Translations under genes and position numbers: made by a program
Notes under the pieces: generated by a model
Told to the model about the DNA's origin: nothing
The model's database searches: none
The model's input: the letters and a program-made list of their open reading frames with translations, nothing else
Part shown: piece after piece, positions 9,062-16,064 of the stretch
How positions within the stretch are numbered: position 1 is the stretch's first letter
Layout of the letters: the number at the start of each line of letters is the position of its first letter
Source of the DNA: Candidatus Eiseniibacteriota bacterium
GTDB lineage: Bacteria; Eisenbacteria; RBG-16-71-46; DASYSL01
Direction: 5' to 3'
DNA length: 16,064 bases
Assembly (NCBI GenBank): GCA_031431875.1
Contig: JANPEF010000033.1
Location: 1 to 16,064, forward strand

Positions 9062-11434
9062 CTAGGAGTCGATCCCCATGCGGCGCATCAGGTCCTTGAA
9101 GCGCGGGTCCGGGCGCAGCTTGCGGTAGGTGGGATCGGAGCGGACGTAGAGCAGGGCCTGGTAGCGTTTTGCGTACGCCAGCTCGAGCCAGGTCATGGCG
9201 CTGTCGGGTTCATCGAGGTAGCAGAAGAGGCTGGCGATGGCGCACGGGTTCTCCTGTCCGTAGCCGTCGCGCATGCGCGCGATGTCCGCGCGCCAGAACG
9301 CCTCGGCACCGCCGCGCGCGTAGGCCGCGCGCAGGCCGGCGATCTTCGCGGGCTCGGCGCTCTGGAACCCGATGCTCGACAGGTAGTCGTAGACGATCAA
9401 TTGTTGCTCGATTCCCTCGTGGATCAGGCCCTTCTGGTGGTAGGCGCTCTCGAGGGAGAAGTAGATGTCCATCCAGGTCGAGTCCAGCTCCAGCGTGCGG
9501 TAGCCTTGGCGGATGCCGTCGTCATAGCGACCGACATTGATCAGCAGCTGGGTGAGTCCCTGGTTGGTGCGGATCGACAGCGGGTCGAGTTCGCGCGCGC
9601 GCTGCGAGTGCGCCACCGCCTCGTCACCGCGCCCCATCACGCTCAGGTAGCTGGCCATCGCCCGATGCGCCATCGCGTTCCCCGGACTGAGCCGCAGTGC
9701 CGTGCGGAGATGGGCGGCGGCCTCGGGGAAGTTCCAGTCCGCGATCATCAGCAACCGGCCGACGATGATGTGCGCCTCGACGGAGGTGGAGTCGATGGCG
9801 ATGGCCCGGAGCGCGAGAGCCCGGGCGCGATCGTACGCCGACGTCGTGGGCATTCCACCGAACAAGCCGAGGTGCAGGTAGCAATCCGCCTGCTCCGCGT
9901 AGGCGCGCGCGAAATCCGGCTGGCGGCGGATCGCGTCGGCGAAGTACTCGATCGCCTTCCGCACGTCGACCACCTGGACCTTGTCGCGGTAGTAGCGGCC
10001 CTTGAGATAGCTGTCGTACGCGGCCGGGTCGACAGGTCGCGGGCGCGCGAGTTGCGCGCGCTTTCCGGGCGAGATCTTGGCCTCGATCTCGTCGACGATC
10101 GCCAGGGCCACTTCGGTGCGCAGGCTCGACAGGTCGGAGGCGTCGCGATCGTAGGAGTGCGCCCACAGGTGCTCGTCGGTCGAGGCGCGGATGAGCTGGG
10201 TGGTGACGCGCAGGCGGTCGCCGACGCGACCGATCGAACCCTCGATGACGGCGTCCACGCCGAGCTCGCGGCCGATGACTGGCATCGGCTTGGGGTTCTT
10301 CCTGTACCCCATGGTCGACGTGCGCGAGATCACGCGCAGGGATGGGATCTGCGCGAGGTTGGCGATCAGTTCCTCGGTGAGGCCGTCGGCGAGGAACTCC
10401 TGCGTCGAATCGGCCGATAGATTGGCGAACGGCAGCACCGCGAGCGAGCGGATCGGCGGCCGCCCGGCGATGCGCTCGCGCCAGTCGCCGACGTCGAGCA
10501 ACGCCAGCGCCGCCCCGGCGGCCACGACGGCGAGGGCGATCGCGAGCGTGCGCCAGCGCGGGCGACGCATGGTGAACGTGCGCTGCGCCTGCTCCACGGG
10601 GTGCATCGGCTGGTCGATACGATCGAGGTCGGCGAGGAGCGCGGCCGCGTCCGGGTAGCGGCGCGCGGGATCCTTCTGCAGCAGTTTCCAGATCACCCAC
10701 TCGAGTCGGCGCGACAGTGCCGGGTTGAGAGAGCGCGGCGGCCGGGGACGCTGCTTGAGGATCTGCAGGCACAGCGCTGCGGGTGCATCGGAATCGAACG
10801 GCAGGCGCCCGGTCGCCATCTGGTAGAGCACGACGCCGAGCGAATAGAGGTCGGCGCGTCCGTCGACCTCGTGCCCCAGCACCTGCTCGGGCGCCATGTA
10901 GGACAGGGTGCCGCCGGCCGGGCTCATCGAGCTGAGCCGCTCGCTCAGCGCCTGGCTGCGCGCGGAGTCGAGCTTGGCCAGCCCGAAATCGAGCACCTTC
11001 AGCCCGCCCGAACCCGTGAGCATGACGTTGCCGGGCTTGAGGTCGCGGTGAATGACCTTCTGTTCGTGCGCGGCCTGGAGCGCCAGGGCGATCGAGCGTG
11101 CCGAGGCCCGGACCTCGGACTCCGGCACGGCGCCTTCGTGCATCCGGGCTTCGAGCGTCTTCCCGACGAGGAATTCCATGACGAGGAAGTCGACGCCATC
11201 CTGGGTATCGAACTCGAAGATCGAGGCGATGGAAGGATGGTTCAGTCGCGAGAGGGCAGTGGCCTCGCGCCGGAACCGGCGGCGTGCCTCGGGATCGGCG
11301 CCCGCGCCGGCGTGGAGCACCTTGAGTGCGACGTCGCGGTCGAGTTGTTCGTCGCGCGCACGATAGACCACGCCCATCCCACCCGCTCCCAGCCGATCGA
11401 GGATGCGATAGTGGGAAAGCGACGAACCGATCAT
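9062..11434 (-). CDS. Ser/Thr protein kinase with one predicted TM segment, TolB-like domain and TPR repeats
   Basis: Start re-called to ATG 11434 (MIGSSLSHYRILDRLGAGGMGVVY). Motifs VALK, HRDLKPGN, DFG, GTLSYMAPE. Hydrophobic WRTLAIALAVVAAGAALALLDV (~10490-10555). SLAVLPFANLSADSTQEFLADGLTEELI, TPR-like repeats, DPRF..RMG tail. Confidence 0.95.
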   Translation of the reverse strand: MIGSSLSHYRILDRLGAGGMGVVYRARDEQLDRDVALKVLHAGAGADPEARRRFRREATALSRLNHPSIASIFEFDTQDGVDFLVMEFLVGKTLEARMHEGAVPESEVRASARSIALALQAAHEQKVIHRDLKPGNVMLTGSGGLKVLDFGLAKLDSARSQALSERLSSMSPAGGTLSYMAPEQVLGHEVDGRADLYSLGVVLYQMATGRLPFDSDAPAALCLQILKQRPRPPRSLNPALSRRLEWVIWKLLQKDPARRYPDAAALLADLDRIDQPMHPVEQAQRTFTMRRPRWRTLAIALAVVAAGAALALLDVGDWRERIAGRPPIRSLAVLPFANLSADSTQEFLADGLTEELIANLAQIPSLRVISRTSTMGYRKNPKPMPVIGRELGVDAVIEGSIGRVGDRLRVTTQLIRASTDEHLWAHSYDRDASDLSSLRTEVALAIVDEIEAKISPGKRAQLARPRPVDPAAYDSYLKGRYYRDKVQVVDVRKAIEYFADAIRRQPDFARAYAEQADCYLHLGLFGGMPTTSAYDRARALALRAIAIDSTSVEAHIIVGRLLMIADWNFPEAAAHLRTALRLSPGNAMAHRAMASYLSVMGRGDEAVAHSQRARELDPLSIRTNQGLTQLLINVGRYDDGIRQGYRTLELDSTWMDIYFSLESAYHQKGLIHEGIEQQLIVYDYLSSIGFQSAEPAKIAGLRAAYARGGAEAFWRADIARMRDGYGQENPCAIASLFCYLDEPDSAMTWLELAYAKRYQALLYVRSDPTYRKLRPDPRFKDLMRRMGIDS

Positions 11435-11473
11435 GCGCCCCAAGCCTGTTCGAGGGAACTGCGGGGGTGGTCC

Positions 11474-11507
11474 ATCGTAGCACGCGGCCGAGGAACTCTG
11501 ATATCAT
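11474..11507. promoter_or_regulatory. Back-to-back divergent extended -10 promoters for the kinase (-) and the ECF sigma (+)
   Basis: Minus strand TG-c-TACGAT (11482-11474). Plus strand TG-a-TATCAT (11499-11507), followed 8 nt later by ATG 11516 with no SD. Confidence 0.55.
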
Positions 11508-11515
11508 CCTCGCCG

Positions 11516-12115
11516 ATGAGCGAACCGACCAACCTCCCCCCGGGCGCAGCCGTACAGTCGCCGTCGCTCACCGAGCTCGTCACGCGCGCCAAGTCGGGAG
11601 ATCAGGCTGCACTCGACGAGCTGTTTCGCCTCCACTACCCGATCCTCCGGCGCCTCGCCCACCGCCGGCTCTCGGATCGATCGCGCCGCGACAAGGACAC
11701 CGACGACGTGGTGCAGATCACCTTGCTGCGGGCCATGCGCGGGCTCAAGGATTTCGAGTCGCGCTGGGAAAACGCGTGGCTCTCCTACCTGCGGCAGATC
11801 CTCTTCAACTACCTGCGCGACGAGGGCCGCCGGGCCGGACGACTGCCGGAGGTCGAGGAGTTCGACGGCGACATGCCGGGCACGACCGCCTCGCCATTGG
11901 ATCGGATCGTCGAGGCCGAGACGCTGTCGGCGTACCAGGCTGCGCTCGCCCGGCTGCCGGACCGGCAACGCCAGGCCGTGGTGCTGCGGATCGAGCAGGG
12001 GCTGGGCTACGCCGAGATCGGCGAGCGACTGGGCCTGCCGACCGGGGGCGCGGCGCGCATGATGGTGAAGCGATCGATCGCGCGACTCGCGGGGATGATC
12101 GACCAGCGGAAGTGA
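11516..12115 (+). CDS. ECF-type RNA polymerase sigma-70 factor (199 aa)
   Basis: True start inside track ORF 10601..12115 (MSEPTNL...). Sigma2: LVTRAKSGDQAALDELFRLHYPILRRLA...DTDDVVQITLLRA...WLSYLRQILFNYLRD. Sigma4: ALARLPDRQRQAVVLRIEQGLGYAEIGERLG...RSIARL. Confidence 0.93.
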   Translation: MSEPTNLPPGAAVQSPSLTELVTRAKSGDQAALDELFRLHYPILRRLAHRRLSDRSRRDKDTDDVVQITLLRAMRGLKDFESRWENAWLSYLRQILFNYLRDEGRRAGRLPEVEEFDGDMPGTTASPLDRIVEAETLSAYQAALARLPDRQRQAVVLRIEQGLGYAEIGERLGLPTGGAARMMVKRSIARLAGMIDQRK

Positions 12116-12137
12116 ATCGCAGCGGGATCACAGTGGC

Positions 12138-12166
12138 TTGACGGCGCGCGGCGGATCGATCATAGT
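12138..12166 (+). promoter_or_regulatory. Sigma70-like promoter TTGACG-N17-CATAGT
   Basis: Near-consensus -35 (12138-12143) and -10 (12161-12166) at 17-bp spacing, upstream of GTG 12235. Confidence 0.55.
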
Positions 12167-12234
12167 TGCCGTCCCCCCTTCACCCGCCGATTGCCGTGGC
12201 ACTCCACCATTTCCCCCCAGAAGTGAGCCCTTCC

Positions 12235-12846
12235 GTGAAGCGTTTCTCTGCAGTTGTGGCCGCAGTCGCGTTGGCCATCGTCGCCGCGCCGGCCCAGGCG
12301 CATGATCCGTCGTGCATTCTCGTCTATGAAAACATCACCGGCACGATTGCGTTCGCGTCGGTCCTCGCTCCGGACTACGAACTTCTCGACGACGTCCATA
12401 CGAACGTGTCGGGGACGATCGTCCTCTGCGCGGTCGACGTGCGTGGGCGCCCCACCGCCGCCGGCACGCTGTCGGTCAGCGTGTACGCCAACGGCGGCGA
12501 CGGGCTCGCGCCGGGCGCACTCCTCGCCGGGCCGATCCCCATGGTGTTCCCGGCCGGGCTGACTTCGAACGCCATCTATCACTTCGAGTTTCCGATGCCG
12601 ACCGTGGGCCAGAACCTGTGGATCGGGCAGCGCTGGACGGCTGCGGGCGGCGCGTGGGTTCCCACGCCCCGCACGACGCCCACGGTCGGCACATCGCACG
12701 ACACCTGGTACTTCCGCACCCCGAGCGGCGACTTCTTCGACGACAACGGGACGAGCCAGGCGGACCTGCACCTCGACGTCTTCGGCACGGCGCCGGTCGC
12801 GGCGGCCCCGTCGACGTGGGGCGCGGTGAAGGCGATCTATCGGTAG
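12235..12846 (+). CDS. Small secreted hypothetical protein (203 aa) with C-terminal PVxxxxSTWGAVKAIYR motif
   Basis: GTG 12235 gives a textbook signal peptide MKRFSAVVAAVALAIVAAPAQA-H. Beta-rich body (SVYANGGDGLAPGALLAGP). Ends TWGAVKAIYR*. Confidence 0.85.
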   Translation: MKRFSAVVAAVALAIVAAPAQAHDPSCILVYENITGTIAFASVLAPDYELLDDVHTNVSGTIVLCAVDVRGRPTAAGTLSVSVYANGGDGLAPGALLAGPIPMVFPAGLTSNAIYHFEFPMPTVGQNLWIGQRWTAAGGAWVPTPRTTPTVGTSHDTWYFRTPSGDFFDDNGTSQADLHLDVFGTAPVAAAPSTWGAVKAIYR

Positions 12847-12973
12847 TTTGAGGACGCACCTTCCCCGGAAGTCCGCCCGGCGCGAACTGGTTCAAGTGCC
12901 CCGCGTGTCCTGTGTTGTTGAACTGCTTTCGCGAGACCGTGGGCACGACTGCGTCGCAAGGGACTGGCGGGAC

Positions 12974-13082
12974 TTGTGAAGCCCGGGGGCCGGAACCTCT
13001 CCCGGGAGGTGCGTACGGTTTGTACGTTTCGTACGGAACGTACGCCCTCCCGGAGAGACCAGCCCGACCCCGGACCTTGCAA
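12974..13082. repeat. ~110-bp nested palindromic intergenic element, copy 2
   Basis: Outer imperfect IR TTGTGAAGCCCGGGG / CCCCGGACCTTGCAA. Middle stem CTCTCCCGGGAGG / CCTCCCGGAGAG. Core GCGTACGGTTTGTACG-TTT-CGTACGGAACGTACGC (13011-13045), 29/35 identical to 114-148. Confidence 0.85.
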
Positions 13083-13096
13083 CTTCGGGTCGGGAG

Positions 13097-13142
13097 CCCG
13101 CCCCGCCCGCCCCGCCCGTCCCCCGTCCCCGACCCCCGTCCC
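13097..13142 (-). repeat. Low-complexity C-tract array (G-quadruplex-forming potential on the minus strand)
   Basis: Nine runs of 3-5 C separated by 1-2 nt: CCCGCCCCGCCCGCCCCGCCCGTCCCCCGTCCCCGACCCCCGTCCC. Confidence 0.6.
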
Positions 13143-13161
13143 ACGGCAACGTCGGTTGCGG

Positions 13162-13167
13162 TAGAGT
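13162..13167 (+). promoter_or_regulatory. Putative -10 element (TAGAGT) of a leaderless promoter
   Basis: TAnnnT 9 nt upstream of ATG 13177, no SD. Same GG-TAnnnT...CC-ATG layout as 210-228. Confidence 0.5.
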
Positions 13168-13176
13168 CTTCCCGCC

Positions 13177-15432
13177 ATGCCCCTCTCCCCTGGCACCCGC
13201 CTCGGCACCTACGAGATCGTCGCGCCCCTCGGCGCCGGCGGCATGGGCGAGGTGTATCGCGCCCGCGACCTCAGGCTCGGTCGCGAGGTCGCGCTCAAGG
13301 TGCTGCCCGCCGACGTGGCCTCCGACGCCGGGCAGCTGGCCCGCCTCGAGCGCGAGGCGCGCACCGTCGCCGGGCTCAATCATCCGAACATCGTCACGTT
13401 GTTCTCGGTCGAGGACGAGGACGGCGTGCGCTTCCTCACCATGGAGCTGATCGAGGGCCCGCGCCTGGACCAGCTCGTCGTGCCCGGCGGGCTGCCGATC
13501 GCGCGCGTGCTCGAGCTGGGCGGCGCCATCGCCGACGCGCTCGCGGCCGCGCACGAGAGGGGTGTCGTCCACCGCGATCTCAAGCCCGCCAACGTCATGC
13601 GCACGCGCGACGGGCGCGTGAAGGTGCTCGACTTCGGACTTGCCCGCATGGCGACCGGCAGTCAGGACGCGCTCGACGCCACTCGGCTCACCGGCGTGGG
13701 CGAAGTGATGGGCACCGCCCCCTACATGGCGCCCGAGCAGGTCCGCGGCGAGGCGCTGGACGCGCGCACCGACCTGTTCGCGCTCGGCGTCGTGCTCTAC
13801 GAGCTCTTGACCGGGCGTCGGCCGTTCGTCGGTGTCACCGCGGCGGACGTGAGTTCTTCGATCCTGCGCGACGCGCCGCCGCCCGCGCGCGAGCTGCGCC
13901 CCGACCTGCCGTCGGACGTCGGTCGAATTCTCGAGCGTTGCCTCGAGAAGGACCGCGAGCAGCGCGTGCAGACCGCCAGGGACGTGCGCAACGAGCTCGA
14001 GCGCGCGCGGCGGGCGCTGGAGTCCGGCGCGACCGAGGCACAGCACGCCCCGGCGACGGAGCCGCCCTCGATCGCCGTGCTGCCGTTCACCAACCGCGGC
14101 AAGGACGAGGAGGACGAGTACTTCGCCGATGGCATCACCGAGGACGTGATCGCGCAGCTGTGCAAGGTGCGCACGCTCAAGGTGATCTCGCGCTCGTCGG
14201 TGATGTCGTTCCGCAATCGCGAGGAGAGCGTGCAGGACATCGCGGCGCGCCTGCAGGTGCGCAACATCCTCGAGGGCAGCGTGCGCCGGGTCGGCGATCG
14301 CGTGCGCATCGTCGCCCAGCTCATTCACGCCGCCTCGGGCCGCCACCTGTGGGCTGAGACCTTCGACCGCCAGCTCACCGACATCTTCGCGATCCAGAGC
14401 GAGGTCGCGCTGCACATCGCCAACGCGCTCAAGGCCGAGCTGTCGCCAAACGAGCGCGAGCGCATCGGCAGGAAGCCGACCGACGACGTGCAGGCCTACG
14501 AGATCTACCTGCGCGGACGGCAGGCCCTGGACCGTTTCACGACCGAGGAGACGCTCCGGAGCATCGACTTCTTCGAGCTCGCCATCGCCCGCGATCCCGG
14601 GTTCGCGCTCGCGCATGCCGGACTCTCGTTGGCCTACTCCGAGATGGTCGACTACGGCTCGATGGCCCGTGACCAGGCCCGGGCTCCGGCGCTGGCCGCC
14701 GCGGCGAAGGCGGTCGCGCTCGATCCCGATCTCGGTGACGCACACTGTGCGCAGGCGTTCGCGCTGCTGGTCATGGAGCTGGACTGGGTGGGTGCCGAGG
14801 CGGGGTTCAAGCGCGCGCTCGAACTCGCGCCGGGAAACTCGCACGTCTACGACCTGTACGGACTCCTGTGTTCCGGCCTCGAACGCTTTGACGAGGCGAT
14901 CGTGCTGCAGAGGCGCGCGCAGGAGCTCGACCCGCTCACCCACCGCACGGACGTCGGCAACACGCTCCTGCGTGCCGGCCGGAACGAGGAGGCGGTGGAA
15001 GCCCTCACCCGTTCCGCGAAGTTCGATCCGCATGATCCGCGCTTGCGCGCGACGCTTGGCTGGGCGTTGTTCCGTCTGGGGCGCATTGACGAGGGCCTCG
15101 CCGAGCTGGAGCGCGCGGTCGCGATCACGCCCGCCGAGAACCTGTGGCTGGCGCAACTCGGGCAGGCCTACGGCATGGTGGGCCAGCGTGAGCGGGCGCT
15201 CGATATCCTGAGGCGGCTCGAGGATCCGTCCCGGCCGACGCCCGTGTCGCCGTACCAGCTCGCGTTCGTCCACCTGGGGCTCGGCGACCAGGAGCGCGCG
15301 ATGGACTGCCTGGAGCGCGCCTACGAGCTGGGCATCGGCTCGGTCTACGGGATGAGGGGATCGTTCCTGTTGGCGCCCCTGCGGCAGCATCCGCGGTTCA
15401 TGGCGCTGCTCGCGAGAATGGGCCAGGGGTGA
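13177..15432 (+). CDS. Ser/Thr protein kinase with TolB-like domain and TPR repeats (paralog of 226..2580, no TM seen)
   Basis: GAGGMGEVY, VALK, HRDLKPAN, DFG, GTAPYMAPE; SIAVLPFTNRGKDEEDEYFADGITEDVI; TPR-like repeats; HPRF..RMG tail. The first 31 aa differ from the 226 kinase at only 3 positions. Confidence 0.95.
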   Translation: MPLSPGTRLGTYEIVAPLGAGGMGEVYRARDLRLGREVALKVLPADVASDAGQLARLEREARTVAGLNHPNIVTLFSVEDEDGVRFLTMELIEGPRLDQLVVPGGLPIARVLELGGAIADALAAAHERGVVHRDLKPANVMRTRDGRVKVLDFGLARMATGSQDALDATRLTGVGEVMGTAPYMAPEQVRGEALDARTDLFALGVVLYELLTGRRPFVGVTAADVSSSILRDAPPPARELRPDLPSDVGRILERCLEKDREQRVQTARDVRNELERARRALESGATEAQHAPATEPPSIAVLPFTNRGKDEEDEYFADGITEDVIAQLCKVRTLKVISRSSVMSFRNREESVQDIAARLQVRNILEGSVRRVGDRVRIVAQLIHAASGRHLWAETFDRQLTDIFAIQSEVALHIANALKAELSPNERERIGRKPTDDVQAYEIYLRGRQALDRFTTEETLRSIDFFELAIARDPGFALAHAGLSLAYSEMVDYGSMARDQARAPALAAAAKAVALDPDLGDAHCAQAFALLVMELDWVGAEAGFKRALELAPGNSHVYDLYGLLCSGLERFDEAIVLQRRAQELDPLTHRTDVGNTLLRAGRNEEAVEALTRSAKFDPHDPRLRATLGWALFRLGRIDEGLAELERAVAITPAENLWLAQLGQAYGMVGQRERALDILRRLEDPSRPTPVSPYQLAFVHLGLGDQERAMDCLERAYELGIGSVYGMRGSFLLAPLRQHPRFMALLARMGQG

Positions 15433-16064
15433 ATCTGCGCCGACTGATCGGAACGCTACGTTCCTCGACCGGCCGGGTTGCAGTTCCTCTCCTCATCATC
15501 CTGCTCGGAGCGTATCTCGCCCTGGTCTACGGCCGGGGACTGCATCTCCCCTTCCTCAACGACGATTACGTCTTCCTCGACAAGGTTCGTGGCTTGTCCT
15601 TTTCCGAGCTCTGGAAGCCCGAAAGGCTGTTCTTCAACTGGTACCGGCCGTGGTCCCGGGAACTGCACTTCTGGGTCCTCCGAAACGTCGCAGGACTTCG
15701 CGAATGGCCGTTCCACCTCGTCAGCTTCGGGCTGTGGATGGCCACGATGGTTCTCTACTTCCTGTTCGTGAGGCGGCTGTCCGGCCCGTCAGCGGCAGCG
15801 ATCGCGACGGGCGGCCTCGCGGGCCTCGCGTTGTGGAGCGCGCCGCTGCTCTGGATCTCGGGTGCGCAGGATCTCTGGATGCTCTTCTTCGCGCTCCTCT
15901 TCCTCCATGCCCTGGCGCGGGGGCGAGACAGCCTTGGATTATTGTTTCTGCTCCTCGCGCTTCTCAGCAAAGAGGCCGCCGCGGTCCTTCCTGCCGTCGC
16001 ATTCTGTTTCCTGTGGCTCATCGAGGGCCGTTCCCCGATCCAGGCGCTCCGCCGGACTGCATGG
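15429..16064 (+). CDS. Polytopic membrane glycosyltransferase, GT-C fold (TMTC/PMT/ArnT-like), 5' part only
   Basis: GTG 15429 overlaps the kinase TGA (GTGA). Open for 212 codons to the window end: MNLRRLIG...VPLLIILLGAYLALVYGRGLHLPFLNDDYVFL...NWYRPWSR...WPFHLVSFGLW...LLWISGAQDLWMLFFALL...LLLALLSKEAAAVLP. DD after TM1, YRP and SKE motifs. Absent from the ORF track because it has no stop in the window. Confidence 0.85.
   Translation, partial: MNLRRLIGTLRSSTGRVAVPLLIILLGAYLALVYGRGLHLPFLNDDYVFLDKVRGLSFSELWKPERLFFNWYRPWSRELHFWVLRNVAGLREWPFHLVSFGLWMATMVLYFLFVRRLSGPSAAAIATGGLAGLALWSAPLLWISGAQDLWMLFFALLFLHALARGRDSLGLLFLLLALLSKEAAAVLPAVAFCFLWLIEGRSPIQALRRTAW

Noticed and set aside
5667..9065. 1132-aa plus-strand ORF, and similar long ORFs such as 454..1518, 2184..3524, 4203..5543, 8999..10420, 12892..15390
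   Set aside because: Antisense shadows of well-supported genes in high-GC DNA, Arg/Gly/Val-rich with no recognisable motifs.
10601..11515. Long N-terminal extension of the sigma factor (504-aa ORF)
   Set aside because: It is the antisense of the kinase domain. Sigma homology and a -10 box point to ATG 11516.
15456..16021. Short track ORFs 15456..15716, 15478..15771, 15755..16021
   Set aside because: Better explained by the open GT-C reading frame from 15429 to the window end.

Overview
High-GC bacterial window. Its C-terminal FlgD/T9SS-like domains and TWGxVKAxYR tail suggest an FCB-group lineage such as Ca. Eisenbacteria, Latescibacterota or Krumholzibacteriota (inference only). It is a signalling and surface-protein cluster. 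There are three complete Hanks-type Ser/Thr kinase + TolB-like + TPR genes (226-2580 +, 9062-11434 -, 13177-15432 +) and the C-terminal tail of a probable fourth family member at 1-57. An ECF sigma factor with no anti-sigma gene sits divergent from the membrane kinase. Three secreted proteins are present: a deacetylase/hydrolase-like barrel with a CTD, a ~1530-aa beta-helix/Ig/PKD protein with a CTD, and a small protein with a TWG tail. A GT-C glycosyltransferase missed by the ORF track runs off the right edge. The most unusual observations are (1) a ~110-bp nested palindrome with four CGTACG-like units at exact 9-bp period, repeated upstream of both apparently leaderless cytoplasmic kinase genes, (2) a cadherin-like Ig domain split by 142 aa and interleaved with a DOMON-like domain, and (3) the kinase-array + orphan-ECF + secreted-cargo architecture. 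All domain names come from motif recognition by eye; no searches were run.
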